From: Candidatus Methylomirabilota bacterium
GTDB lineage: Bacteria > Methylomirabilota > Methylomirabilia > Rokubacteriales > CSP1-6
Assembly (NCBI GenBank): GCA_046726415.1
Contig: JBKPAK010000336.1
Span: 1 to 15,758 of the forward strand
Direction of reading: 5' to 3'
Length of the DNA: 15,758 bases
The position numbers and the translations under genes are program-made. Positions 15,660 to 15,758 of this stretch are shown piece by piece (within the stretch, counting starts at the first letter, position 1; each line of letters starts with the position of its first letter). The notes beneath the pieces were generated by a model. The model was not told where the DNA came from. It worked only from the letters and a program-made list of their open reading frames with translations, and did no database searches.

Positions 15660-15758
15660 ATGAAGATCGCCAAGGTCGAGTCGCTGCACGCCGACGCCGG
15701 ACGGCGCAACTTCGATTTCCTGAAGATCACCACCGACGACGGACTCGTGGGCTGGAGC
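15660..15758 (+). CDS. Mandelate racemase/muconate lactonizing enzyme family protein, N-terminus (truncated by the window edge)
   Basis: GGAGG RBS at 15651-15655, then MKIAKVESLHADAGRRNFDFLKITTDDGLVGWS, a typical enolase-superfamily N-terminus. Not in the ORF track. Confidence 0.85.
   Translation, partial: MKIAKVESLHADAGRRNFDFLKITTDDGLVGWS

Noticed and set aside
15054..15689. ORF-track ORFs in the right-hand intergenic region
   Set aside because: They have Arg/Pro/Ala-rich non-protein-like composition, no properly spaced RBS, and overlap each other on both strands.

Overview
GC-rich bacterial chromosomal segment. The small-protein families and the repeat element resemble Rokubacteria/Methylomirabilota; this is my inference and was not verified. 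From left to right it carries: a truncated secreted protein coupled to a small Cys4 protein; a CusRS/CzcRS-like two-component system; an MFS transporter; a MITE-like inverted-repeat element; an NADP-dependent oxidoreductase; a Zn-ribbon microprotein behind a sigma54-type promoter; a LigAB-type dioxygenase pair; a 1-Cys peroxiredoxin; a citrate synthase divergent from a stand-alone HTH protein; a DsbA-like protein; a partial purine-catabolism cluster (puuE, pucG-like, uraD, uraH); a class III aminotransferase; and the start of a mandelate racemase-family gene. The most unusual signals are: (1) a BldC-like HTH-only gene facing citrate synthase across a 10-bp-phased repeat array; (2) an exact 19-bp duplication creating an 11-codon ORF that links ligA to ligB through two TGATG overlaps; (3) a DHG-to-DDG active-site change in the LigB-like subunit; (4) a tandem copy of the kinase's last codons; (5) the sigma54-type microprotein locus. 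I saw no CRISPR array, tRNA, rRNA or transposase.
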